From the human T2T-CHM13v2.0 reference genome, Homo sapiens: a DNA stretch of 64,000 nt. Position 1 is the first letter of the stretch. Every line of letters begins with the position of its first letter. Both the position numbers and the translations under genes were made by a program. This document shows positions 26,380 through 40,676 of the stretch, one piece after another. Location of the stretch: NCBI RefSeq assembly GCF_009914755.1, contig NC_060926.1; one strand, 5' to 3'. The notes beneath the pieces were generated by a model, which made no database searches, had not been told where the DNA came from, and saw nothing but the letters and a program-made list of their open reading frames with translations.

Positions 26380-27033
26380 AATGGTTCTCAAAGCGTGGCC
26401 CCAGGACCAACAGTGTCAGTATCACTTGAGAACTTGTTCCAAATGCAAATTCTCACAACCTCCGGCAACTCAAAAACACTAGGGGTGGGCCCGGTAATCT
26501 GGTTTACAAAACTGTGACAGCCACCCTCCAAACTGACTCCATAATGATTCGTGCCTGCTATTCATGCCTTTGTATAGTTTCCTCCCATAACAATGGTGCT
26601 GACTTGTGTATAACAAAGATAATGTAGCAGATGTGTTAGCTTATGACATCATAAAAACATTGGGCCTTCCTCCTTGCTCTTTCTCAGATCCCCCGTTCTC
26701 TGGAAGCCAGCTGCCATGTTGTGAGGATGCCCAAGCAGTGCTATGGAGAGAGGTTCATGCAGTAAGGTCTCTTGTGCTCAGCTATGCAAGTGAGTCATCT
26801 TGGAAACACATTATCCAGCCTGAATCCAGACAGTTTCATTGTAACCTTATGAGACACTGTGAGCCAGAATCATCCAACCAATCTTCTCCCAGATTACTGA
26901 CCCATGGAAATTGTGTGAGAGAATAAATGCTTATTAATCTTTTTAGTATCTAACTTTTGCTTTGCAGCAATGGTTTACTAGCATACAAACCTTTTGTTTG
27001 ACTCTGACACATGCTAAATTTTGAAAAACATTG
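26380..27033 (+). mobile_element. MER5A split by an LTR insertion
   Basis: ATGGTTCTCAAAGCGTGGCCCCAGGACCAACAG... stops at 26512 and resumes after 26987 with GACTCTGACACATGCTAAATTTTGAAAAACATTG. Confidence 0.7.
26513..26987 (+). mobile_element. MLT1F-like MaLR solo LTR
   Basis: TGTGACAGCCACCCTCC...GGAAGCCAGCTGCCATGTTGTGAG...TGTGAGAGAATAAATG...CATACA. Confidence 0.7.
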
Positions 27034-27552
27034 AGCTAAAACATTCATTCATTCACCAAGTAATTATTATTTGTATCTGCTATGTACCAGGCTAACAGCA
27101 GAAATACAATGATGAGCAGAACAGACACTGACCATTCCTTGATGCATCCTTTTCTTTTCCTTCGTTGGACTTATCATACTTTATAATGATTTTATTTATG
27201 TCTGTCCTGCAAATTTTGGGTGGGCAGGACCCTTGTCTGGTTTCTTCACCACCAGGTTTCTGGGGTCCAGTCCTGTGTCTGGCACACAGGAAGTGTGCAA
27301 TTAATATCCACATGACAGTGACCCTTACCTTCCTTTTTCACCACCTTTCGCCTATATGAAGGATTCAGGCGCCAGTAACAAGGCCTTGAATTGCACTAAT
27401 AGCACTACATTTAAGGGGCTCAGTAACTTCTCCCTGGGAATCTAACTGCCGCTGGATAATCTCCATACAAAGAAATGTCTTTCGTGTTCAAAAGAGTCAA
27501 CTTTTAGAGTCTCTCTATTTCAAACATGCAGATTCCTAAGCATGTATAAAGA

Positions 27553-27598
27553 AAATGTATGCAGTGGATGTGTTAGCCTGTTAAATGTATGCAGTGGA

Positions 27599-27612
<14 letters not shown>
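27553..27612. repeat. 30-bp tandem duplication (1 mismatch)
   Basis: AAATGTATGCAGTGGATGTGTTAG(C/T)CTGTT x2. Confidence 0.92.
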
Positions 27613-28160
<548 letters not shown>

Positions 28161-29077
28161 GAGGGTTTAGAAATATAAGTAATGGCATGGGAGACTATAA
28201 GGATGAACATATCAGTAAAGGTTTCAGCCAAAAATATTGGAAAACAAAAGCACTATGAAGCCAACCATGTGTGCAGCTATGTGTATATACATGTATCTAA
28301 TGAGCATATCAGTATAGGAAGTGGGGCACACTGTTTCACCTCCAGTGCAGCCCTTTGTGGATCAGAACAATCGGAGGCCAGGGACACTGCCAGGGTGATC
28401 TTTTGCGATGGTGACCGTCCTGCTGACCGGTGTACCCAGAGCTGAAGATGGGACTGTGCAAACTGAAATGATCTAATCCCTTCTAACAGCTCTTCGATGA
28501 GTTCTTTCATTCAGGAGCTGACGTTAGAGGTTAGAGCACTTGGAAACAATGAGGTGCTGAGACAACAAGTCAATACCTTCTTAACATGACCTCAGAGCAT
28601 GAAGGGGGCATTTGGAGAACACTTTTTGATAGCAGAAAAAAAACCAGTCATTGATTTTTAAAATTCTTACAGCAGACAGATTGAGATATGGGTGACATCA
28701 TTTTACTGCTATTTAAGGATGTTGGATAAGTTATAAAACAGATTCTGGCTCTCAGCCTATTTATGATCAAGATCAAAGAAGAGGGGCAAAGACTACTGCA
28801 GTCTCGTGAGTCATCAGAAGGTGCTGGAGTTTTTCTGAGCAGAACTCATCCAAGCTGTCTCCACTGCCCATCCTTGGTGAGGGTTCTCACATGCTTCACC
28901 ATGACAAGGCACAAGGGCCACAAATAAATTTAACAACGCCAGACCACATCTTCTGTTGCCTCTTCTATCCTCGCCCACCCCCAACCCTTACCCACAGAGC
29001 ACAGCCTGCCCAGTGGGAACTGAGGGATTTCTTATCAACTTGCTGTTTTTCTTTCTTTTGTGACTAGCAAAACATAA

Positions 29078-29267
29078 CAGTGCTGTCTACATAACGTTCT
29101 GGGACAATGGAATTGTTCTCTCTCTGCACTGTCCAATATGGCAGCCATCAGGAGCACACGGTGACTCAGAATTTGAGATTGGGCTAGTGAGATTGAGAAA
29201 CAAAAGGTTTCCTCTTATTCAGTTTGACATAATTGAAACATAAGTAGCCATATTGGTCAGGACAGTG
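29078..29267. mobile_element. MER3-like hAT element
   Basis: CAGTGCTGTC...CTGCACTGTCCAATATGGCAGCCA...AGTAGCCATATTGG...GGACAGTG. Confidence 0.6.
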
Positions 29268-29274
29268 TTAGAAA

Positions 29275-29400
29275 ATAATAATGCTTATTAGTATTTCCAT
29301 TTCTCATCTGTGGATATTCAGGGTCAGAGGATTAACTAACTTGCCCAAGGTCAGAAAGCTAGGAAGCAGCAGAGGGGAATTCAAACTCAACCCACCCTGC
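29275..29400 (-). mobile_element. MIR
   Basis: TAACTTGCCCAAGGTCAGAAAGCTAGGAAG...ATTCAAACTC. Confidence 0.6.
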
Positions 29401-30584
29401 ACAACCTCAACTTCTTGCATCAAACTGCAGCCCCTTCTTCATGTCAAAGAAGGCTTAAAGATAATCTTCAGCTTCTGAAACTTTAAATTCTCAGTAAATA
29501 GCTTTAAAAGGAAGCTGGCTATATATGGCATGATTTCTTTTAACAAAAACAACATAGGAAAGTACTTTTTTTCAGTTATGACTATCTAACTTGAATTTTT
29601 TAAACCCCATGTTGATAATAAGTGTATCTGACAGGCCCCTCTAACTGTGCTTTAAAACTTTTGCTCTAATCAAATATTAGCCACATGAATTCATGAGAGG
29701 GTGACAATATGAAAAAGACTTTATTAAACTTCTGTCACATCCTATTATGCTGTCTAGGCATTATTCTATCCTGTTTATCCTTTGCTGACAAACTAGATTA
29801 TACTTTCTTTCCTAAATCAACAAGATCCTATGAAACCACACAAAAGATAAAGAACTTAGGATTTCAAAAGAGTGATTTGGAAACAAAGAGTGTCAAAGGC
29901 ATGAGTTTAAAAGGGAGAAAAAAAGCTGAGCTTAAGGAAAATAATATGCAGTCATATTGTAAATTTTGTTTTTAAATTATATGTAAAATATTTCACATTA
30001 TTACAATACCAAAACCCACTCTAAAATCTGCAAGCTTCAATTCAGGATACCTGTGTGTCCTGAATTCATAACCAAACCAATGTTATCTCCACAAATCTTT
30101 CCTTTATTCATGGGGAACTACTGTGCAGCCCAAGAAAGGAAAAGGGGTGTAAATTCATTAAAACTGGGGAAGAGAACATTACAGTTCTTTAAAGACAAAA
30201 CCAATATCCTTTGGTTCTTGTATAGGTTTTAATATTGCCAAAAGGGTCTAGGATATTCCTTAATATTACCCACTCGGGTAATATCAAAGAAACAATGGGG
30301 TGATAAGCTAAAACACAGATAAAGAAATGGGGTAAAACCCAAAAACTCTGAGGATCAAAGCTAGACTGGAAAACAATGTAGGCCCAGTGTGATGCTCTTG
30401 TTATATAAAACCCATCTGTAGATGAAAGATGGCGTACTCTTCGGTTAAGAGAGCTAAATGAGGTACTGGAACTAGTCTCATCAAAGCCCGCACCTACTCA
30501 TAATCTTGAAACACAACACACTATCCTGTGGTCACAGATTCAGCTCCACAACCAAGCATGGCATAAGCTATGTGAACAGGCATG

Positions 30585-31120
30585 GGTGGTGGATTCACGA
30601 TGCTGCACATTCCTGGACATGCCTCCCTCACTTCCCTCAAGAGGCGGGGGTCTATGTTTTGTCCCCTGGAATCAAGTGAGCCCTGCAGTGACTCTGGCCA
30701 ATAGAATTGCACATGTGATGCTGTACCAGTTACTAGGTGTTGGCCTTAAGAAACTGGCAGTGGCAGAGAAGAATTCAAATTCTTGATTTTCTGTGTTTTC
30801 AGACATTCTCCCTAGGATCCATAAGCTGCCATTTAAGAAGTCTAATTACTTTGAGACCACCATGCAAGAAAGACTATGTGCAGGCACATGGTCAACTGTC
30901 CCAGCTGAGCTGGGCCTTTAGCCATCCCTGCAAAGGGACTGGATGGATGTGGGAGTGAAGTAATCCCACAAAGCAGCTGAATACACCAGATAACCCCCAT
31001 GGATGCCATATAGAACAGAAAGAACTGCCCAGCCAGGCCTGTCCTGACCCATAAAACCATGAGAAAAATAAAACGGTTCTTGCTTTTACACCTTGGAATT
31101 TCAGAGTAGTCTGTTACACG
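30585..31120 (+). mobile_element. MLT1H-like MaLR LTR
   Basis: GTGACTCTGGCCAATAGAAT...GGCCTTAAGAAACTGGCAG...CTTTGAGACCACCATGC...AATAAAACGG. Confidence 0.6.
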
Positions 31121-31187
31121 AGTGTTTTTTTTTTCCTTAGTTAACCTACCTTCCCTCCAAAGCCACCTGTTAATGGCTCTTACTATA

Positions 31188-31420
31188 CAGGTGGAACATG
31201 CCTAATCTGAATAACCAAAAGTTTAAATGCTCCAAAATCCAAAACTTTTTGTGTGCCTACATGGCACTCAAAGCAAAGGCTCATTGAAGCATTTTGGATT
31301 TTTGGATTAGAGATGCTCAATCGGTTAAATATCTGCAAATATTCTGAAATCTGAAAAAAAAAATCCAAAATCAGAAACACTTCTGGTTCCAGGCATTTCA
31401 GATAAGGTATTCTCAACCTG
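31188..31420. mobile_element. Tigger4a (MER46A)-like TcMar MITE with TA TSDs
   Basis: TA-CAGGTGGAACATGCCTAATCTGAA...TTCAGATAAGGTATTCTCAACCTG-TA terminal inverted repeats. Confidence 0.8.
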
Positions 31421-31503
31421 TATAACACGACTGTATATTTGTTAAATATTAGATATCATCCTGTCTGCCCCCCAATCATTCCAATTTTTAACATAACACC
31501 TAC

Positions 31504-31678
31504 CAATGAAACCAGAAGATGGTGGGTTTGGTTGAATCTTCTCTTTAGTGTTCTCCTGGATAATATCCCAGAGCTGCCATATAAATTTAGGATGAAGAAT
31601 GTAAAATGGCTGATTTGGGTTTCTCTGACGATGCTGAATATATGGAGTGAACAGGTTGTAATCCGGTTTTTTGTACCA
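31504..31678 (-). CDS. ST6GAL2: ST6GAL2 coding exon 4 (175 nt), start of sialylmotif S
   Basis: Acceptor TTTTTTCCTTAG|TGGTAC, donor ATTG|GTAGGT; gives [58 protein letters not shown](G). Confidence 0.96.
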
Positions 31679-31924
31679 CTAAGGAAAAAAAAATCAATGC
31701 AGTCAAGTAGAAAGAACTAAACTATGAAAGGAGACAGGGCATGGCTGGTTGATTTGAGGCAGAGGGGCCAGGCTGGGGCTAGAGGATGGGGAAAGATCAT
31801 GACTCATGACATCTACAGACACTTCCTCATTGGGATGAGGGGACAAGAACAAAGACAGACCAGGGCGCTAGCCCTAGCAGATATAATGCTTTGTGCTTAA
31901 GTAAAATGAGGAAAAGGGACTAGA

Positions 31925-32143
31925 TCACGGATCAGCATACTTCTTCCACAAAGGGCCAGATAATCAACACCTTGGGCTTTGCAGGCCATAGAGTCAGTCG
32001 TCTCTACTCAACGGTACCATCGTAGCACGGAAGCAGTCATGGACAATAAATACTGAATGGGCGTGCTGTGTTCTAAAAAAACACTATTTATTAAAACAGG
32101 TGGTGGCTAGATTTCGCCCATGGGTGTAGTTTGTTGACCCCTG
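31925..32143 (+). mobile_element. MER58A-like, near full length
   Basis: AAAGGGCCAGATA...GGCTTTGCAGGCCATA...GTAGTTTGTTGACCCCTG. Confidence 0.75.
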
Positions 32144-32194
32144 GGGACTGGATCAGTGTATTTCAAATATGAGTTTTCCAAATTTCATCTACAG

Positions 32195-32405
32195 TAACAG
32201 AAATTGTATCGTTGCTGCTTGGGCCTGAGTTGGGGCTGGGAAGATTAACTAGGATTGATTAACAAAGGAACTTTCTAGGGTGATGGAAATATTCCAGTTT
32301 TTCATTGTGGTGGTAGATACATGAGTGTATAAATTTATCATTCATCAAAAGGTACATTTATATTTGCTTACACCATGTATGTTATTGTATGAAAAATCAA
32401 TAAAG
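32195..32405 (+). mobile_element. Old L1M (L1MC/L1ME) 3' fragment
   Basis: GGAACTTTCTAGGGTGATGGAAATATTC...TGTGGTGGTAGATACATGAGTGTATAAATTT...TCAATAAAG. Confidence 0.6.
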
Positions 32406-34002
32406 ATGTTTTCTAAAAAGGAAGTTTTCAGAAGCATCTCAGCTGTAACCATGACATGGATTTGGAGAGAGTAGGGAGAAGTTCAACTCATCAAACTCCC
32501 TTTAAACAGACATCAGGGGTATATAATGGGTATATATTAAGATCACAGGAAATATTCCACTAGTGAAATGGCACTGTCGCTTTAAAAGCTTTGAGAATGA
32601 CTGGACCAGAGTATCTTTCATAAATGAAGCCCCAAGCCATGTGGCACTGGCAAGGGAGCAAGAGGAATGTGGGGCCAGAGGGAGAGTCGCTCCTTTACCC
32701 TCCCTCCTCTTGGGGCCTCACATGGCAGCAAAGGCCTTACAGAAAGCGGCCTTGTCACTGGGATTTTAGCACTGCTGGGTGGCCAGCTCTGTGCCCTGGG
32801 CTGAGCTGCTTCTAACAGAGGAAGAAATAAGGTCCAATAGCTAGAAACTCTCAAGTCTGTTCACAAATAGCAAGAGAGCTGTGAGAGCTTAAAACCAGGG
32901 AACCTCAGGCTGGAAAGGAAGTTGAAAAGTTCAAACACCCATCTGATGCTTGATTCTCAGCGGAGGGTACATATGAGAATCAAAGAGCCCTCTCAAAAAA
33001 TATACATTGAGGCTATATATATCCTCCATTTCTGGAGATGGGGCTCTGACAGATTTTGAAAAATACTCTCCAGGTGATTTTGACTTGCACTCCTGGTCAA
33101 GAATTGTAAGTAATCATATGAGGTAAATGTCCAGCCTCAGTCTCAAGGTCAACAGTGACCAAAATGCTCCTTCTCCAGGAGCCGCTTCTATCTTGGGAGG
33201 TTACCTCTCACAGAAGCAAAGATCTTTCCCTGACACTCATCTTAAGAAGGTTGCATCCTCTCTGGTCTTGACTAAACAAGTCAAAGACGCTCATTTACAG
33301 AACTGACAGCATCTCTTACTAGGCTAAATACTATCCATCTTTTCCAGCCCTCACTGATAAACAAGCATGCTGGCTTTTCATGAAAGGTTTCACCAAAAGT
33401 AGCTGGCTGCTTGTTTAGACAGGCAATGATTTACCAGAATGTCCCAAATATAACCTGTTTGTGTTTTTATGGCTAGCAATAAACTTGTTTCAGCCCTATT
33501 GCATAAAATTCAACAGATTTAGAAGCAGAGGCCAAAGAGGAACACACTCAAGAAGAGCCTGGAACAGGCCCCATTTAAATAAAAATGAGCTGTGGATTCA
33601 CAAAGTTGAGATTTTCGTGCCATCACCTTCAATTTATTTCAAAAGGTCTTCCAACTACTTGAAAGGTAATGTAGCCCTATCACAATGAAACAATTCTGAG
33701 TTTAATCAGTCAACCCTTTAGTGTAACTAGAAATTTCTGAATATTTAGATATTCTACATTTCCCCCACCCGGCTGCCCTGCCCACCGATTCTGCACAAAA
33801 GCACTTTGGCATTAGATGACTAATGCTCACAAGTGTGCTATTGTAACTGGGTATCAACGTGGTGTTCACAAACATGCATTAAATTGATATTGATGGGTAC
33901 TTTCATTGTCTGTCAAAGCTTAATCCTTGCCTTGCTCTTATGATTAATTAGTCAAAGCCATTGTCTGACCGTTGGGGTGGGCAAATCCAGGGAAACACTT
34001 AC

Positions 34003-34104
34003 CAGGTTAAGATTTGCGGAATATGGGGCAGGGTCCCAGGCCACCAAAATGACGTCTTTATACAGTGAACTGTCAATGAAGTGATGGCTGGGGTTGGTCA
34101 GAAT
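34003..34104 (-). CDS. ST6GAL2: ST6GAL2 coding exon 3 (102 nt)
   Basis: Acceptor TTGCAG|ATTCTG, donor CTG|GTAAGT; gives [34 protein letters not shown]. Confidence 0.96.
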
Positions 34105-35393
34105 CTGCAAACACACAGAAAAACCATTTCAAAGCCAGGGTTTGGTTTTTAAAAATTGCATTTTAAAAAGAGGTGAAAATTAAAAAGAACTGGGGCAAAA
34201 AAACAGGTGGCTCAGACGTTGTATTTTCTTCTGGGGGAGGGAGAGAGGCAGGCGTTGCATGCAGAAGCACTTAAAGAATGTTTGAGGAAATTACTTTTTT
34301 TTTAAAAAAAGCACAAGTTCTGACATTTTCACCAGCAATGTACTCATGTCTAGTGGTATTGAATCCAGATCCTGAACGATGCAACTCCCTAGCTAATTCA
34401 AGCCGCACAACCTCTTCTACAATTGCCTTCACATGTAATTTGGAGACAGAGTTGCAGGTGTGGATGAAGTGAGTTCAGAAGGAGCCTCCAGGGTGCCAGC
34501 CACAGCCTTCCCTCTGTGGCCCTACCTAGTTCTAAATGAGTTCTTCAATCTCAGCTGCCAATCATCTTTTTAAAATTATTATTTCAGGAAAAAACAACAT
34601 ATTATTTTCCCTCAGTTTTAAGATACTTTTTTTTTTTAACCATTATTACGATGTACTTTTTTCCTTCTCATGTTAAAGTTTCTTAGTTAGAATGTATGTT
34701 ACAGATGATATGTATTCTAATTTGGTGGCATTTACCTCCTCCTTTGTAAAAAGTTGTTATTAAATGAATGGCAGATTTTACAGTCAAATGACATCTCTGA
34801 ATTAAGGAAATATGGTAATTGTTTCTTACCTTGCGGCAGGCTGCCTGGTGCAGTGAACTGTGCAGAAAGCTAATCTTTTGTTCTGTAAGCAACTCACCAT
34901 AAATCACTCATCACCTCACTTTTTTCTACATATTTTGAAACTCCAGAAATTGTTGTGGTTTGTTCTGAGGATAACTTTGCTATAAATTTTCAAGGCATTC
35001 TCATTAAGAACGTGAAGAAACGAGGTATTTTCATTTCCAATTAAACAATTCCTTTCCATTTTTTCAAATTTCCAAATGGCAGACTAAAGTTGCAAAGATC
35101 TCCTATGAACTCAGATTTTATACTTTGCTTTTCTCCCCTTTATCCTCTGCTTTCTTTATTGCCATTTCTTCTAAATTTAACTTTTGTCAGTTCACAAAAT
35201 GCAACATGCTAAGTCTATGATTATAAATATATATATTTCTATTTCTACTGATTTTTCCTTTTAATTTTATTCATTTCCTCCTATTCATGTCATGTCTAAA
35301 TTCCCATTTCTCTGCAGTTTTCTTCATTAATTTCTATTAATTATAAGATTGATAGAAATAAACAAGTACCACGGTCATAATTAACCAGGTAAC

Positions 35394-35445
35394 TTCTCTT
35401 CACTCATCCGGTTAAACTCATTTCTCTTCACTCATCCAGTTAAAC
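35394..35445. repeat. Tandem duplication with 28-bp period
   Basis: TTCTCTTCACTCATCC(G/A)GTTAAAC at 35394-35417 and 35422-35445. Confidence 0.88.
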
Positions 35446-35486
35446 CTAAGAAACATACATCCATGAAAACACTCCATCTGTCTTAC

Positions 35487-35584
35487 CTGCGAATTAATGA
35501 TGCGTATGGTGGTTTTATTCCCAACATCTTTCTCATAACCACGTGTAGGAGCAGAGTTAAATCTCAAAACCGCATCATGAGAAT
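35487..35584 (-). CDS. ST6GAL2: ST6GAL2 coding exon 2 (98 nt), rest of sialylmotif L
   Basis: Acceptor CCTTAG|ATTCTC, donor CAG|GTAAGA; in phase gives (D)[32 protein letters not shown]. Confidence 0.96.
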
Positions 35585-35958
35585 CTAAGGGCACATAAGT
35601 GACAAGCTTACTTTTGTTCTCTGTAGAATCACATAATCTAGGAAAAAATGTTAAAGCAAATCTTTCAATACCTGAAGCTAATTATACATCACCAATAAAG
35701 TTAAGATATGCCCACATGATTTTCAGAGAATTTACTCTTCACTGAGAATGAGATCTTGGCTGGAGGAAACATCAATATGGATATATATAGATGTAAAATC
35801 TGTTCAATTATGGGCGAGACTGTATGATCTAAGTGATATTTAGATACTTGCTACCTTTTCAACATTCTTACAAGTGACATGCTTGATGCAGCCATTCTCC
35901 CAAAGCTTCCAATACATCTTGAGGGAGACTGTACTGGAGCAGATAAAGACACTAGAAA

Positions 35959-36060
35959 GCAAGGGCTGCTTTTTGGTGCTGGTGTATGCTTAAAAAGAAA
36001 GCCAGCCCTGCAAGGGCTGCTTTTTGGTGCTGGTGTATGCTTAAAAAGAAAGCCAGTCCT
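35959..36060. repeat. 51-bp tandem duplication (1 mismatch)
   Basis: GCAAGGGCTGCTTTTTGGTGCTGGTGTATGCTTAAAAAGAAAGCCAG(C/T)CCT x2. Confidence 0.95.
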
Positions 36061-37021
36061 TAAGCAGAGATTCTGCATGTAATGTTGAAGAAAGAAAGAA
36101 AGTCAGCCCTGACTTCGACGCAGCCTTACATACTGCTGCCGATGGCAAGAAGACCTGTGTGAGAGCAACCTTAAGAGCATTCTGCATTAGCAGCAATAGC
36201 CTGCCAGACCACCATAGCCCCTGAGGATGGGTGAGATGGAGAGACCACCAATGCCACCAGCTGCCAGGGCTCTTATGTTCTATAACCACACACCGTGCTT
36301 CACCAAACTTGAACTATGAATGCAACGTAAATCTACATCTCACTTCGTTCAACTTGACAGCCCGACTTGCCCAAGTTCTCTGAATGCTGGGCTGGAAGGT
36401 CCTGGATGAAAACAAGGTACCCCTATCCTGGAGGCTGACAAGGAGGTGAACAGTGGGAGGCACAGGAAAGTGGGTTCACCTGATTTAGCATTGGGACTAG
36501 GGGATATGTTCCCTTTACAGAAGGCAGCCTATAAACATACATGCGTCTTGAAATTCCTAGAAACCAGCCTGAAGCCAGAGTCAGTGAGCAAGAAAGCAAT
36601 TTTCTAAGGGCCATCTTTAGCTTTAAATATCTCATGCAGATTCCAAGCTCGGCCTGGAGCAAGGACAGTGCCTGTCTGTGAGGGAGAGGTGAAAAGAAGT
36701 ATTTCTGTCATGCCCAAGGGGAGCTGCATTTATAGTCCCCGAGCCCGCACAAGTGCCTAAGGCAGCCGCCTTCTTCCCTGAGTTCCTGCTATCTGCTCCT
36801 TTGGAGTTGTCTTCTTGCTCCCCAAATAGCAGAAACTCACCATGCATGCCCCCACTAAAACAATGTTTAAAAAGGTGCCTTCACTGACAAACCCTAAACT
36901 TAAAAAAATTCAAATTCCAGCTTTAGCACCAAAATTAATTCACTTTTGGAACATGTGAATGCATAAAGCGTAGGTGGCTGTGTCATCAAAACCCTGCAAT
37001 GTTCTTTTAGGGGAAATTTTG

Positions 37022-37225
37022 CAGGAGTTGGCAAACTATGACCTTCTGGCCAAATCTGACCTGCCACTTGTTTTAGTAAATCAAGTTCCACCATAACACA
37101 GACACACTCACTGTACATGCTGTCTATAACTGCAGAGTTGAGTTGTTGAGACAGAGACAGAGATACAGTTCACAAAACAAAAAATATCTACTACCAGGCT
37201 CTGTAAAAAAGTCTGCCAATCTCTA
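37022..37225 (-). mobile_element. MER58A-like, reverse orientation
   Basis: CAGGAGTTGGCAAACTATGACC...GCAGAGTTGAGTTGTTGAGACAGAGAC...AAAAAAGTCTGCCAATCTCT. Confidence 0.7.
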
Positions 37226-37429
37226 GGTTCAAGGGGATCTATTCTTTGTGTAAATGATGCCAAAATACATGAATGCCTCCAAGTTAAAACCAGTTCTTTA
37301 CTTCACAATTTAAGGATTTGTTCATACTTTATTGAGGTAATGGATTTCTTATTTATTTTTATTGAATAATGTTTTGTCAAAAAATTCAAATAATATTTGA
37401 GGTAGAAAAACTAGATTACCCAAAACAGT

Positions 37430-38955
<1,526 letters not shown>

Positions 38956-40034
38956 TGTTCCCACTGCTAAGCTAGGGAAACCCTCTGGTTGCAGACAGTG
39001 AGAGGAGACTCCACCAGCGAGGTGACTGCAGGTGCTGGGAGGGAATCAGCCCTAAGCCAGAGAGGAAGTGTGATGCCAGCAATCCTCAATCTCAGTTCTC
39101 TCCAAACCACGCTACCCACCCCTCAGACACAGCCTACCCAAGGGCCTCAAGCGGTGGGTGCATTTCTATTATTTGACTAATAAATCTGAATTAATTGCAT
39201 CACCCTTGAAAACATCCCAGCATTTAAATGCCCATTGTCTTATTGTGGAGCTGTGCTCTAAACCATCCAAGGACTTCACGAGGCACAGGGCACAGAAAGA
39301 TAACGCAGTGTAATTCCTTTGGAGGTGGTATTAGTCTGCAGAGTTAAAAGGCCACCTGCATGGAGAGGGCAGGGAGGCAGGGTCATGTAGGCTTGTGGCT
39401 AGGCCCAGTGCAAGCCCTCTATGAACAGCCACTGTGAGCAGCGTGGGGTTGGGATGGAAGGGGAGGGTGCGCTGAGACTGTCTCTCACACAGACACGTTC
39501 TGTAAACGTACACCTGGCTGTGCATTCCTTGATAATGCACTGTGAGAATAGAAGCTGTCCATTCATATTTAGAAAAAAAGGAATAGGTCAGACAGCAAAT
39601 ACAAGGGGAAGAAAGTCAAGTTCCATTTCTGGAGAAGGCATTTCCAGGCCAGAACCATGCTGTGTTGTCCTTGAGAATGGAGCCAGACAAGTGCATCCAT
39701 GGAAGGAAAATTAAAGCCCTTCAAGGAGCTGCTGGGCCAGCACCCGGTCACCGCCCTGCCCCAGGCCCCATTCACCACATCATCCCCCTCTCCTACACTG
39801 ATGAGAAAATTCAAACAGCAGGAGAGCAAGCCTCCAGTCACTAGAGAATGGCCTGCCTGGGATTGGACAAAGCATCGCTTTGGGAGCTCCATCACCCTGG
39901 GAGCCCTGTTTCTCCCCAGGACCTGTAACCCTCACCTCTTGATGTACTTCCCTTGCACCCTCAAGTCCAGGCTCTGGAGTGATCTCTCTACAGTGACTAT
40001 CTGCAATGGCTGCACATCATGGGCACAGGGCTGA

Positions 40035-40676
<642 letters not shown>

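Noticed and set aside
30263-30284. Perfect 9-bp hairpin ATATTACCC-ACTC-GGGTAATAT
   Set aside because: One short AT-rich stem is plausible by chance in 64 kb; no ncRNA context.
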